A stretch of 64,000 nt of DNA from Amoebophrya sp. A120 (taxonomy: Eukaryota > Protista > Dinoflagellata), in contig CAJINV010000001.1 of the NCBI GenBank assembly GCA_905178155.1, positions 8,569,642-8,633,641 of the forward strand, in the 5' to 3' direction. Below the pieces are notes generated by a model, which saw only the letters and a program-made list of their open reading frames with translations, was not told the origin of the DNA and did no database searches. Shown here piece after piece: positions 46,438 through 58,257 of the stretch. Numbering within the stretch: the stretch's first letter is position 1; each line of letters opens with the position of its first letter. A program made the position numbers and the translations under genes.

Positions 46438-49400
46438 ATGTCTGCGGTGTCGCAGGGGGGCGCCGCGGCCGCGGCAGTGGAGTTGTTCCACGCACTGGAC
46501 ACGAAGGGCGAACGGCGGAATGGCCTGCCCGCACTGGACGTGCGAGAAGTGATCGCGTTTCTCGCCCGGCAGGGGCTATTTCTGCACATCGACATGCGGC
46601 TGCACCCGATGTTTGTGTTTCTCGTGGAGGACCAGGGCCTCGATGCCGAGTGGCTGTGGCGGTTCTGCGAGTACTGCTCGAAAAACGGTGGCAGCGGTGT
46701 CAGCGACACCAGCGATCCACCAGACCACGAGTTCCACCTCCTCGTCGCAAATTACGACTCGTTTGACGAGGAGGACCTGCTGCTCCAGGAGGAGGAGTTC
46801 ACCGCGATGGTGCAGGTGTGCCTGGCCACCGTCCGCCAGGCCGTGCACGGGCAGATGGCCGTGCGGAACTTCGGGCGGCTGAAGAAGGTCGTGTCGGAAA
46901 TCCACGAACTCGTCAGGCAGAACGAGAAAGGGGAGAACGCGAGCTACATCCCGCAGCTCAGCGAGCAGAACGTGCCCTGGAACCAGTTTGCGATCTCGCT
47001 GACCACAATCGACGGCCAGCACTGCTCCGTGGGCGACTCGCTGAACTCCTTCGCCATCCAAAGCTGTTCGAAACCCATCTCCTTTCTCTGCGCGTTGCGC
47101 CAGTTTGGCGTCGACTACACCAGCAACGCGGTGGGTGTGGAGGCGAGCGGCCGCCCCTTCAACGAGGTGTGTCTGAAGCAGAAGGAGCCCGGGCGCGAGA
47201 TCCCGCACAACCCCTGCATCAACGCCGGCGCGATCTGCACCGTGTCTATGGTGTACCCCGAATTAGAGGAGTCGGACCGCCTGCTGCAGCTCCTGGAGGT
47301 GTGGCGGTCGCTGAGTCGGGGTTTGCGGCCGGTCCAGTGCGACGATCTTGCGGGGAAGACGGTCCCCTACGGTCCCTTCGATTACGAGGAAAACTGCAAA
47401 CCCTCCGTGGAAATGAATTCGAAAACAAAGGCGTCTAGTACCTCCCTCGGGAGCCCTGGGAGTGAGATGTGTCCGGGGGAGTTGCGGCGAAATTCCGGCT
47501 GCGCGAGTACCGGGAACTTGCTGCAGCGCCAGGGGACCGTCGCCGATATCGTTCCGCGGTCGCTGCTGCAGCGACAGCCGATCCACGACGATCGCGACGA
47601 GGACGACGAGGACGAGGCTGCGGAGCAGGAACTCGCCGACGCCGTTGTGCAGAAACAGATGGAGGCACACGTGCGCGCCTGCAAGAAGTCGATGGAAAAG
47701 AACACGCGTTTCAAGAAGCAAAATTCCTTCCGAGCCGGCGCCCAAAACACAGCTGCCGGCGGTGGTGGCGGGGAGGGGTCGCTGAGCCCCAAGCACTGCA
47801 CCGGCCGCGGCGGCCGGCGGTTCTCGGACGCCAGTGACAAAAGTTTCGCGCTGCAGAGTGAGTGCACGACGGAGAACGGAGACTGGTCGGGAGACAACAT
47901 GCATTTTGCGCGCTCGGCCTCGTCGGTCAAGGAAAAATCTCTCTACGGGGATCCGGAAAAGATTTTCAAGAAGAACCGCGTCGAGTGCCTGACCGCCTCG
48001 GATATGCACATTAATCGGGCGATGTATGAGTCGGAGAGTCTCACCGCCAACGGCAACTGGTGTTTGGCGCACCTGATGGTCGCGCGGAACAGTTTCCCGC
48101 CGTGCTTTCACGCCAAGGGCGAGGCGCTGGTGAAGCGGCACAACCAGCGAAGGCAAGAAATGTTGGAATTCGCTGCACACTTGAAAACCGTGAACAGTCC
48201 GCCGAGGCGGCGAAACGGCGGTAGGCACGCATGCCTCGAAGAAGAGGACGAGGACGAAGAGGTTCTCGTCGTGGCGAAATCCACGAAGCATTGGATTACC
48301 GAGTCCACCGCCCCGGTTTCGGCCACGGAGCTGGCGCTGAAGGAGACTCTGGAAACCTACTTCCAGGCCTGCAGCATCATGAGCAACAACCGGCTGATGA
48401 GCACGATGGCGGCCACGCTGGCGAACTGCGGGCGCAATGTGTACACCGGCACGTTGTGCTTCGGCCGCAAGGAGATTTCGCAGGTGCTCCCGATCATGAT
48501 TACGGCGGGAATGTACGACTACAGCGGTCAGTGGTCCTTCGACGTCGGGGTTCCGGCCAAATCCGGGGTCGGTGGCTGCGTGTACATGGTGATTCCGGGG
48601 TTGTGCGGCATTTCGGTGTTCAGCCCGCGGTTGGACCAGAACGGGAACTCCGTCCGCGGAGTCGACGCCTGCACGCGGCTCTCGGAGGCTTTGAATTTGA
48701 ACACGTTGTCTTCGCTCCAGCCGCCGGTCGCGAATAAGGCAAAGCAGGACAATAGTAACGGCAAATTGCACGTGCTCGATGAGCTGGCGTTCGACCCGCG
48801 GCGGGGTACGGACCCGGTGGAGGAACAGGTGGCGCGCGTGTTGAAAACCGCCGCGTGGGGCGACGTGCAGGAACTGACCCGGCTGTTCAAGGCGGGGGTG
48901 GATTTCAGTGCGGGCGACTACGATCAGCGGACGGCGCTGCACGTTGCCGCGGCGGAGGGCCACGCGAACATTGTGCACTTTTTGCTGCTCGTGTTGAAGC
49001 CGGAGCAGCAGACCAGCCTGGACCGCTGGGGGCAAAGTCCAGCAGACGGGGTGGCGAACCGCCGGGTGGCACGCATCCTGGAGAAGGCGCACGTCTTTCC
49101 GCAGAACCCGGTGTTGCCCGATCTGCACGAAAACGGGATGACGGAAGCCTACACGTATCCACAGGAAATAAATTTCCCGTACTACGTACTTGTACGAATG
49201 CGGTAATATCTACATGACCAAGCGTTCCATCCTCCAATCCTATTTAGCATGACAGGTCCGTCGTAGGCTCCGAGTTAGCGAAATTTGTAGTGCATTTACA
49301 CTTTGTACGTGTACAGGAACTTTGTCTTGCATAACACGCACCTGGAGTTTTCTGACGAGGAACTGCCGATTCTGTGGACCGCCTCGCGGGAAGAAGAATC

Positions 49401-50182
49401 CAGTCTGGACGAATTGATCATGTTCAATGCGCGGCACGGCCCGGATATGCAAGGAAAAAACTGTGTGAGTGTAGCTCTGTGCTGCAAGCGATGCAAGACT
49501 TGTCAGGCTTGACATGCATCATAGGCTAGTTTCATACGCGCTCTTTTCACGTATCAACGAACTGCGTCATGCCAGACAGATTTGTCACGCTGTTTCCCCA
49601 AAAGAGTTACACTAACACAGTTTCTTTTCTGGATACCGGAAAAGCTAGTCTTGGGTGCGGACTACGATAAGCGCACCTGCTTTCATCTCGCGGTCAGCTG
49701 CAGGGCGCTTAAGAATGTCAGGTAGTATGCTGTCATTTTGTTCGATGAATTCGAAAATACTACTTACACGCACTGTGATTTTTGTGGTGTTTGCCATGTG
49801 GGAAAAGTAAAGAAAGGAAAACTTGAGCTCGAAAATCATCACCTGTGCAGGGCGAGCGGGTGCATGCGCGTCAAGGTTGTAAGGATGTTAATACCGGCCT
49901 GAGTAAATAGGGCAGAACCAAATGTTACCATTAAACTAAACTAAATTTTGAAACAGGTACCTTTTAGTGCAGGCAAGAAAGTGCAACGCCTTGAGCGCCA
50001 TGCTTCAGTTCCGGGACCGTATGGGCGGCACAGGTCTGTCGGATTTGGAGCGGGAAAGTGCAAAGGAAAGTGAGCAGTTGCCGGAGTGTCAGGCCATTTG
50101 GGAACTCTTACGCCAGGAGATCGAAGATGCGAGCAACAGCTGTAGCCAGCAACCCAGTCGCCAAAGCAGCAAAAACCTCTAG
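46438..50182 (+). CDS. GLS: Glutaminase (GLS-type) with C-terminal ankyrin repeats
   Basis: GENASYIPQL, catalytic IQSCSKP (SxxK), HNPCINAGAI, MAATLANCG, AGMYDYSGQWSFDVGVPAKSGVGG, FSPRLDQNGNSVRG; ankyrin GDYDQRTALHVAAAEGH and, after removing introner C, GADYDKRTCFHLAVS; introns at 49155-49316 and ~49722-49950; start codon uncertain (46264 or 46438). Confidence 0.92.
49446..49635. mobile_element. Introner family C (190 bp, TSD CCGGA), imperfect TIRs
   Basis: Left TATGCAAGGAAAAAACTGTGTGAGTGTAGCTCT versus reverse-complemented right end TATCCAGAAAAGAAACTGTGTTAGTGTAACTCT (26/33 identical); CCGGA at 49441-49445 and 49636-49640; removal gives RHGPEKLVLGADYDKRT. Confidence 0.88.
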
Positions 50183-51300
50183 GATTTTTTCAATTGTAAC
50201 AAAATAAAGTTGCCACGATGATGTGTCACTATGAATGTATAATGAATTACAATTGCCCTTCGACGTCAGCACTCGAGTACTAGGCGTTGGTTGTTGCCAC
50301 TTTTCGAATTCATCCGTTTCGTTCGTGTGAGTGGTTACGATGTACGCAATAGTGCGGCAATTTCAAAATAATCTTAATCGTGTAGATAAAGTAGATACCA
50401 AACCGGTGGAAATATTTTCATTGCAGGACTGCGTTTGCAGTCTAAGTAATTCTCGTCGTGAGCTTCTATCGTGTATAAATTGCTTTTTCTCCTTCTGCGA
50501 TTCTGTTGGCTTTGCGCCCGCATGTTGTGGAAGTCCCTTCGCGGTTATTTGGCTAAGGCGCGAGCAGCTAAATGTCTTTCAAGTGATTACCCGCTTTGAT
50601 TCTGCGACACAGTAGAGCTACTTTGACAACACCATCGTTGTTTCAGCTTTGAGCAATCTGACAAGTTTCAAACCGAATGAATTTCCTTCTCGTTGTAGAA
50701 TTTTTCAGATTTCATTTTCAGTTCGAGAACTTTTACATTGGATGAGACCTGTTTTTTGCTTCGGATAGTTGGACAATCAGTTTTTTTCAATCCGTCGCCT
50801 TTGCCATCCAAGGAGTAAATCGTTTTTACGGTAAGGTTCCGGGTTATCATGACGATTCGTTTTTCCGTGATGAAGGCAACTAACACAAAATGGCTAAAAT
50901 GTTATTCGTAATTCCGATGTTCATCTACACACGGCGATCTTCATGACATTGGATAGTCGGTCGAAAATGGAAATTGGATCAAGCAATAGCAAAAATAATG
51001 GAAAAATGGGCCTTATGACAGATCAATAAAAGTAGGGTATCAAAGTTGACAGGAGCATCATGAAAATCTAAGACAGTGATGCTCTGATGATGGTCCCAAA
51101 AAACAAGTGTACGACACATTGACTGTATTGAAACAGGACCTCATCGAGCGACGCGCATTGAAATATTTTTTGTGATAGCAATTTGGACACTACCCACACA
51201 CACGCTTTTGGTGCCCTTCGAGCATCTGTGTCTTTAGTTCTCTTATTTTCTCTTACTTTCTCTTCCTTTAGATAGCCTTTTTCCCCCTCCCCCCGACAAG

Positions 51301-52573
51301 ATGGCGAACGAAAGCGCGAAGTTTATGAAGAATGCCTACATAGGCTGGACCAACACGGTGGGGTTGCACTACGGCCATGACTACGACCCGGAGCAGGTTC
51401 GGAAGAAGGACTACGAGCACAAGCTGCGGCTGAAAAAGATGAAATTGTACAAGAAGGAGATGATCGAGATCAGTATGATCATCCCCTTCACCTTCATCTG
51501 CACCACCTGCGGCGAGTTTAATTACATAGGTACGATTTTTTTTTTTTTATCATTAAGTACGTTCTTTATCTTTTGCTTTCCTCCCTTCATCTTCCCATTG
51601 CTCTGTCCTGTGGTCGGAAGTAGTGGGCCTGGAACTGATTTACCCCAAAACATCAAAATGAAATTCAGGTAAGAAACTTCGCATGGAGATGGAGGCTATA
51701 CGAGGGCGGATAGAGTGCGGACTCCAGGTGTACCGATTCTACGCCAAATGTCCGAATTGCCACGCGCGGTTCACCTTTCGAACCGACCCGGCCACGCAGG
51801 GGTACACGCTGGAAAGCGGCGGAAAACGTACCTACGAGCACGGGCAGGACGTGGCCGCGGGGGAGGAGTTGCTGGAAAAAAACGAAAAAGAAGCGGCACA
51901 GGAATCCGATTTGAAGCGGATCGAGCAGGCCGCCGCCCAGGCCGCCGACGAGATGCAAATGTACAACGCACTGGAGGAAACCATGGCCATCCAGCGGCGG
52001 GGCGGCCGGGACCGCGACGCGGTGATTTCCCGGGCGCTCGAAGCTTTGGACTTCCTCTACTTCGCCGCACAGGAGCAGGCAGAGGCGGAGGAACAGCAAG
52101 CGGCCGCCATGGATTTCGAACAGTACCTGGAATTCATGCAGCTGCAGCGCGACGAGGCCCGGGAGGCGCGGCGCGAAAGAATAGACTGGGAGCTGGGCGG
52201 CGGGGCGACTGGCGAAGGTTGTTCCGCGAAGTCGGCAGCACAGCTAGGCGTGAAGTCGGACATGTTCCGCCAAACCGTGGGGCCGGCACTAGCGGAGTCC
52301 GCGGCACAGATGAAAAAGAACAAGACAGAAAACAGAAGCGACACGGGGATGTTCGGCAACAAAGCGGACCAAGTAGAGGAAAAGCCGCAGCTACGGGACA
52401 TCCGGCAAAAGCCAAAATTCCAGCGCAAAAAGCAACCTGGTCTTGGAGCTGGAAGCAGCGGAATAGCAGCAGCGGCGAGGGATCGAAGTCCGAAGAGGGA
52501 TGCTGCAGTAGGAGCTCCACCAGCGAAGCAGCCCGCTGGAATATCAGGCTACAGTGACTCCAGCGATGGGTAA
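51301..52573 (+). CDS. YJU2: Splicing factor YJU2/CWC16 (CCDC94/CCDC130 family)
   Basis: MIIPFTFICTTCGEFNYIG|KK...GLQVYRFYAKCPNCHARFTFRTDP..QGYTLESG (two CxxC pairs); GT-AG intron 51530-51668; helical and low-complexity C-terminus. Confidence 0.88.
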
Positions 52574-53550
52574 CGGATACTGGCTAAGTTGTCCCCACAG
52601 CGTTTCGGTTCTTCGTGTTTCTGTCCAAAGAATCGAAGGACCAAAAGCCTGAACTGGTGAGTAGGGCGAACTGAGGCCGCTGGGTAAGCCGAGATGGCTG
52701 GTGTTGAACACGCAAAGTGCTAGCCGCTGTCCGGCCAACGCTACCGCGTAGCTGGGGCGGACTGATCGATCCAGATAAAAGCGACGAACGAAAAAAGTGA
52801 GATGATGTTCGGAAAAGCGACCTTCAAAAAAGCGACACGATGTATCAAGCAAAGTAAAAATGTAATGCTCGATAACAGCTGCAGCTTTGGCCACAGCCTT
52901 GGGGAAGTGACTATGCAGTGTTCGATCTCACGCGATCAATTCTTCACTTGCAATTGCAAGATTTATCGTCACACATCTTGTTGTAAATGTTGATGTATCT
53001 TTTGTTCTTCCTAGAAGTGCGTGACCAATCTACTTTTCTTGGTCTGCTGTCGGTGAGTATGCAACGTCGATGCTTCCTGTCCCTCGTCCTCCGGCACTAG
53101 GGAAAATGATTTATGACGTGATTATGAATCTTGCTCTTGCACAGAAAGAGAAACAAGAAATCAACTTCAACGGACAAAAAGCAGATCATAAGTGATACAG
53201 TAGATTCCCAAGAATGAAGGCCGTTTTGACACGACTGCTCTGACTTGTGAAAGTCATGTCTTCGAGAGGATCTACGCGCCCTAGCGACGGGAACACCACT
53301 GAAGGTATCTAACGTCTACTGCAGAAACGATCTACTTCACATCATTTTGCACCTCGCTTGGCTTTTCATTCGCAACAGGGCCTGTAGTATTTTAATTTTT
53401 GGAATTTACCGTGCCAAACTGAAAGTTGTACAGTCAAATTGGCCACTCAAGTATTTCATCTGTTTCTACCTCGAGTACTGTGTTGACAAACACAGGGAAC
53501 AAAAAGCAACAATGTTTGTCTTATCCCCTGGAGACACTTAGAATGAAAGC

Positions 53551-56500
53551 ATGGGGTCAGACGAGGTGGTCGACGTGAGAGGTGTGGGGTCTCCGCCTCC
53601 CTCCTCCTCAACCGACGCGAAATCTTCCACAGGTGATCAGTACTTCAGCGACGATGGGGGCCGGGACTCGTCCGTGTACGGTGCTGCCACCTTTACCCCG
53701 GACCAGTACTACTCCGATGGGGGCGAGAGTTTCCAATCGTTCTATTCCGGCCGCGACTCCGGGGAGTGGGACGACGCGCGGCTACCGTCCGCGACTACCT
53801 CGCAGCCGGAGGAGGGGCGAGAGCAGGCGGGGTCTGCTGCTGTAATAGAAGAAGACGAGGACCCGAGCGCACCGCCACCCGAGGAGGTGTCCGGCGGGTT
53901 CCGCGCAGTGGCGGCCACGCATGCTTTCCGAGCAGAGGAACTACCTGCGAGTAATACCCATGCGGCGATCAACATCGAGAGCGCGCATGATCAAACGCGT
54001 AGTGCAGGTTCGAAGGAAACTACGCGAATATTATCCGAAGAGACGAAAATAATAACACCGGTCCAAGCAGTAGGTGAAGTTGAAGAGACTGCACCCGCAT
54101 CTGCAGTGCCGGACAGCAACGTCGGTGCGGAACGAGCAGAACCGGACAGGAATACTCATCCGGCTGCTGAAGCGCGTGAAGAGCCGCAGGGAAACAAGCG
54201 AAAGAAGAAAAACAAAAACAAAAAGTCCAAAGAGTCACCGCAAGTGGAGCCAAAAAAGGGTGCTGATCCGCCAGTGGAGCCACCTATTTTGGCTGCGGAT
54301 TTGGACACCACTCCGGCGCAGAATGTGCCCGAGACGAGAGAACCGGCACTCGCGAATGGAAACGCTCATGCACCAGAAAATGCGCGAGTGGATGAATCGC
54401 AGGATCTCAATCAGACACAACCCCCTCCGGTGCAAACCTCACAGTTACCCGAAGAACCATCAGTGCCACCAGTGACGACGAGTAAAACGAACAAGTCCAA
54501 GGAAAGCACGGCCGCCAGCCGGAGTAAGATGGTTGTCGGTGAGGTGAAGAACAATTCGCCGGGTGCGAGCCCCAGCTCCTCTGTCGATCCCGAGCGTCGT
54601 CCGGAAACGTCGGCCACCGCAAGCGCCAAGAGTTCCAAGGAGCGCGTGGTCAAGCCCGCCTTTGCGGTGATACGCGACCACGACGAGCATGATGAGCACG
54701 ACGGTCCGGAGTCGGAGCTGGACGGCTCCGTGCGTACGCCGGTTTGGGCGGCCGGGAGTGCGGAAGAACCCATGCAGGCCCCTGAGCAACTACCGACAGC
54801 ACGAGACAGTAATTACAATCCAGTTGCCTACAACAGCGACTCTGACGACGATGTCGTGGTTGCGCAGCCCGCGGGGCAAAACCCGAACTACAGGCGCGCC
54901 GCCAGCGACGAAGAGGACGAGCAGGAGGTTGTGAATAACAACTTTGGTCAACAGCGCGAACCACGGAACATCAAAGTTCCCGCGTCTGTCCCTCTCGCCG
55001 ACCCACAGGACAGCTCCTATGTGAAGCTGGAGATCAGCAACGCAGAGGCGTCGAAGTCTAGCAGCAGTGTGGAGGACCCGGATTTGGTGAAAGTGGAACA
55101 CATTGCACCAGGACCGGCCATCTCGACGTCGCAGTTTGCGGATTCATCAACATCGCAGCCACAAGCGACCTCCCCCGACGACGAGAGTCGGGGAAGAACG
55201 CCTCTCGAGCCGACGAGCAGCGGCAGCGCATCCTCCTCGTCGTCGTCGTCATGGCGCGGCAAGAAAATATGGCGGCACAGTGAGAAGGCCAGGCACCTGG
55301 GTGAGACGGACGAGATGGCCCGCTGGTGGAAGCACCGGAACCACGTGTTCGTGTTCACGTTTTCGGGAAAGCCAGTCTACACCAGGTACGGCAACGACGA
55401 GGAAATAACGCAATTTGGCGTGCTGCAGGTGATCGCCGCCAAGATGGCGGCTTTCTTCCACCAGAGCAACGGGAAGGACGTGTTGCGGAGCATCACAACG
55501 ACGCAGCGCCGGTTCGTGTTTCTGGAAAAGGGGCCGCTGATCATGGTGTGCATCACCGGCCACCTCACGCTCGCGCACCAGGCGCTCGAGCACCTGCTCA
55601 GCCGCGTGTACCTCCAGTTCGTCACCATTGTCACCTCCACGGTGGAGCGCCAACTCATGCAGCGCCCAAACCTGGACATCCGAAACCTGCTCTCGGGCAC
55701 GCAGCACGTCATCGGAAATCTCGTGCGCTGGGGCTTCAACGACATGCTGCTGCAAGTGGAAGGTAAGAATCACTTGTATAAGAAAGTACAAAGTGCTGGA
55801 AGGTGTAGTAAGTTGGACTCGATGAAAAGCTTCTAGATGGACTTCTTCGTGGAGGAGACATGAACGAAATAAAGCGTACCGCAACAGATCCATCTTTTTT
55901 GTTCCACAAACGGACGACAAGATTCGGGTTCGGAATTTCGCTCACGTTGGCAGAGACAGGCGCAGGGCTTTGTTTCTTCGTGCAAGAGCTTATGATAATG
56001 AAATCATATGTCATACTCCCTTTAGGTATCGAGCCGCTCCCACTCGACCCGGCCAACCGCAACGTGGTCACGGAGGCTCTGCGCGGCGTGCGCAAGATTC
56101 CGAACCTTCTCCTGGCTTGCGTGATCGCCGGCCACCGCGTGGTTTCCCTCGTGACCAACCGGCAGACCAAGCAGAGCGCGTCGGGTTCCTCGTCGATAAA
56201 ACGGGATTTGGTGTGCGTGATCAATTACATCCTGTCCTCCAACTCCCTGAAGGGGTCGGAGTCCTGGACCCCGATTTGCCTGCCCTCCGTATCTATCAAA
56301 TGCAAAAATGTCTGGGTCTGGAAGAGTCGGGACTTGTCATGCACATTTTGCATGACCCGTGAGCTCTGTGATGCTGGTGCTAGCATCACAGATTTTTTGA
56401 GAGCTGCTCGATGCTAATTACGCATGAGAAATGCCCTCTCCGCGTGCCAAGAGCTGACTCTTCTTGCTGCTCATGCAACACAGATATTGTTAGAATCCGC

Positions 56501-57355
56501 AGACAGCATTACAAGTTCTTTCTTCCAGACCCAGACATTTTTGCATTTGATAGTATCCGACCGCGCGTTCACGTACGCGTACATTGGGTACGTGCCCAAG
56601 ACGGAGGTGTGCCAGATCTTCTTTTCCTACGACAACGCCGGGCCGCAGTTCATGGCGATCTCCAGTGCGGCGCGGAAAATCACACAGCAGCTGCGGGACA
56701 CCAAGGTGCTGGAGGCCATTGAGGAGGCCATGGCCGGGTGCCCGATCCTCATCTCCAGCAGCTTCCGCCACATGCACCTCGCCCCCTCCTACTTGTCGCA
56801 CTCCTTCCAGGGGCAGCTGGCCTGGCTGCTCGACAACGTCATCCACGGCTGCTACTTCCTCGAGGTACGAATATTATATCAAACCGGATTTGTTAATTGA
56901 TGCTTTTCATTTGTGTATTTGTTCTGTCTTCAGGTGGCAATGTGAAGGTTAAGTGGCTGTGTTTTTCTCGTAGAGCAGTGCTTGAAGCACTGCGCGTGCT
57001 GTTGGCTCTACCACTACTTATGGAAATGTTAAGTATCTCCTTACACCGTCTTGTGAAACTACATACCTTTCAGGCCTCGCAGCAGTATTTCACGAGTGCA
57101 GTCCGGGAGCCCTACGACCCCAAGTACATTTTTCGCAACTACTCCAAGTGTTCGGAACTGATGCTGCACTGCGCACGACCCAGCCAGATCTGCGTGGCCA
57201 CTGACAGCGAGTGTTTCTATGTGTGGCTGCAGCAAGATTTCCGGATGTTCCTGACCGTTCCCCGCGGGATCAGCACTTCGGTGATCGGGCAGTTTTACCA
57301 GTGGGTTCAGACGCAGGAACTTTTCATCTTTCTCGGCAACACCCCAACTTGGTAG
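53551..57355 (+). CDS. MON1: Vacuolar fusion protein MON1/SAND (Rab7 GEF subunit) with a long disordered N-terminus
   Basis: HVFVFTFSGKPVYTRYG, FVFLEKGPL, RPNLDIRNLLSGT, SESWTPICLP|SVSDRAFTYAYIGY; exons 53551-55762, 56026-56293, 56558-56864, 57074-57355. Confidence 0.9.
56294..56552 (-). mobile_element. Introner family A copy 6 (259 bp, TSD GTATC), inverted orientation, very similar to copy 5
   Basis: Perfect 32-bp TIRs; GTATC at 56289-56293 and 56553-56557; removal restores the conserved MON1 segment. Confidence 0.95.
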
Positions 57356-58257
57356 CACGGAGGGACGAGTTACAGCTACAGGCAGGTTTCGGAAAAGCCG
57401 CGCCGGTGAGTTGTAATACATAGTACCTCCCCAGGACGACACCTTGGCGACTCCTACCTAGCATTTTTTCTCCACCTGAAAGAATGACGTGTGTCATTTC
57501 TTGCATGAGATTATTTCCTTCTATTCGCGACATTACATGCCTCCATATTAGCATAGGACTCACCTTTCAACAGCGACCGCTTATGAATGAGAAAAGAATG
57601 GAATCAATAAAAAGAAACGCCTTCAAGCTATGTTTCTGTGAATGTGGTATGAGAATGCCCAGGTGTTCATCTCGGAACTTGTATTTGCATTTCGCGTTCA
57701 AGAATATGAATAGCGAAGTCACGAAGAACAAAATAGAAGAATGAGAATTTTAGTCGATGCTCGGTCGTGTACAACACCATAATAAAACCTTATGCCAGGA
57801 TCAAGCTTTCAGAAAAGGAAAGACACTGTCGGTCTCAGTCTCTCTTTAGCTGCCCTAGCCACGCAGTCGCACTACCACTTTGCAGAAAGAGGAAGGTGCC
57901 AGGGAGTTGTAAAAGTGCCACAAATCTTGATCTGCTTTACCCATTTCGGAATAGTGCTGAAGACATGATAATGATGATGAATACTGGAACAGGATCCCCA
58001 GGCGATGTGGATACTTCGATGCCACCACGCCCACCTCTAAAATTACTACCACTGGAAATTCCTGAGGTGGATGAATCTACAACTACATCTAATTCTATGC
58101 AAGAGTCAGAGCCGGTGCGTGGTACGCTATGATGTGCATGTGTAGAGTCGTTAATCTCAATGAAACGTCTATGCGCAGAGCCACGTCGTCTGGTCTTTGT
58201 GTGCGCCGCACCTCTCTGTCTAGTTCTTTAGATAGCTCGCGCGTTGACTAAGCAAGA

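Noticed and set aside
47263-49128. 621-aa minus-strand ORF and similar long antisense ORFs (e.g. 31031-31963, 55249-55920)
   Set aside because: Antisense shadows of GC3-rich + strand genes, with no protein motifs
50886-50896. Reverse-complement match TAGCCATTTTG to the dinoflagellate spliced leader
   Set aside because: Only 11 of 22 nt, and antisense to the downstream gene; compatible with chance
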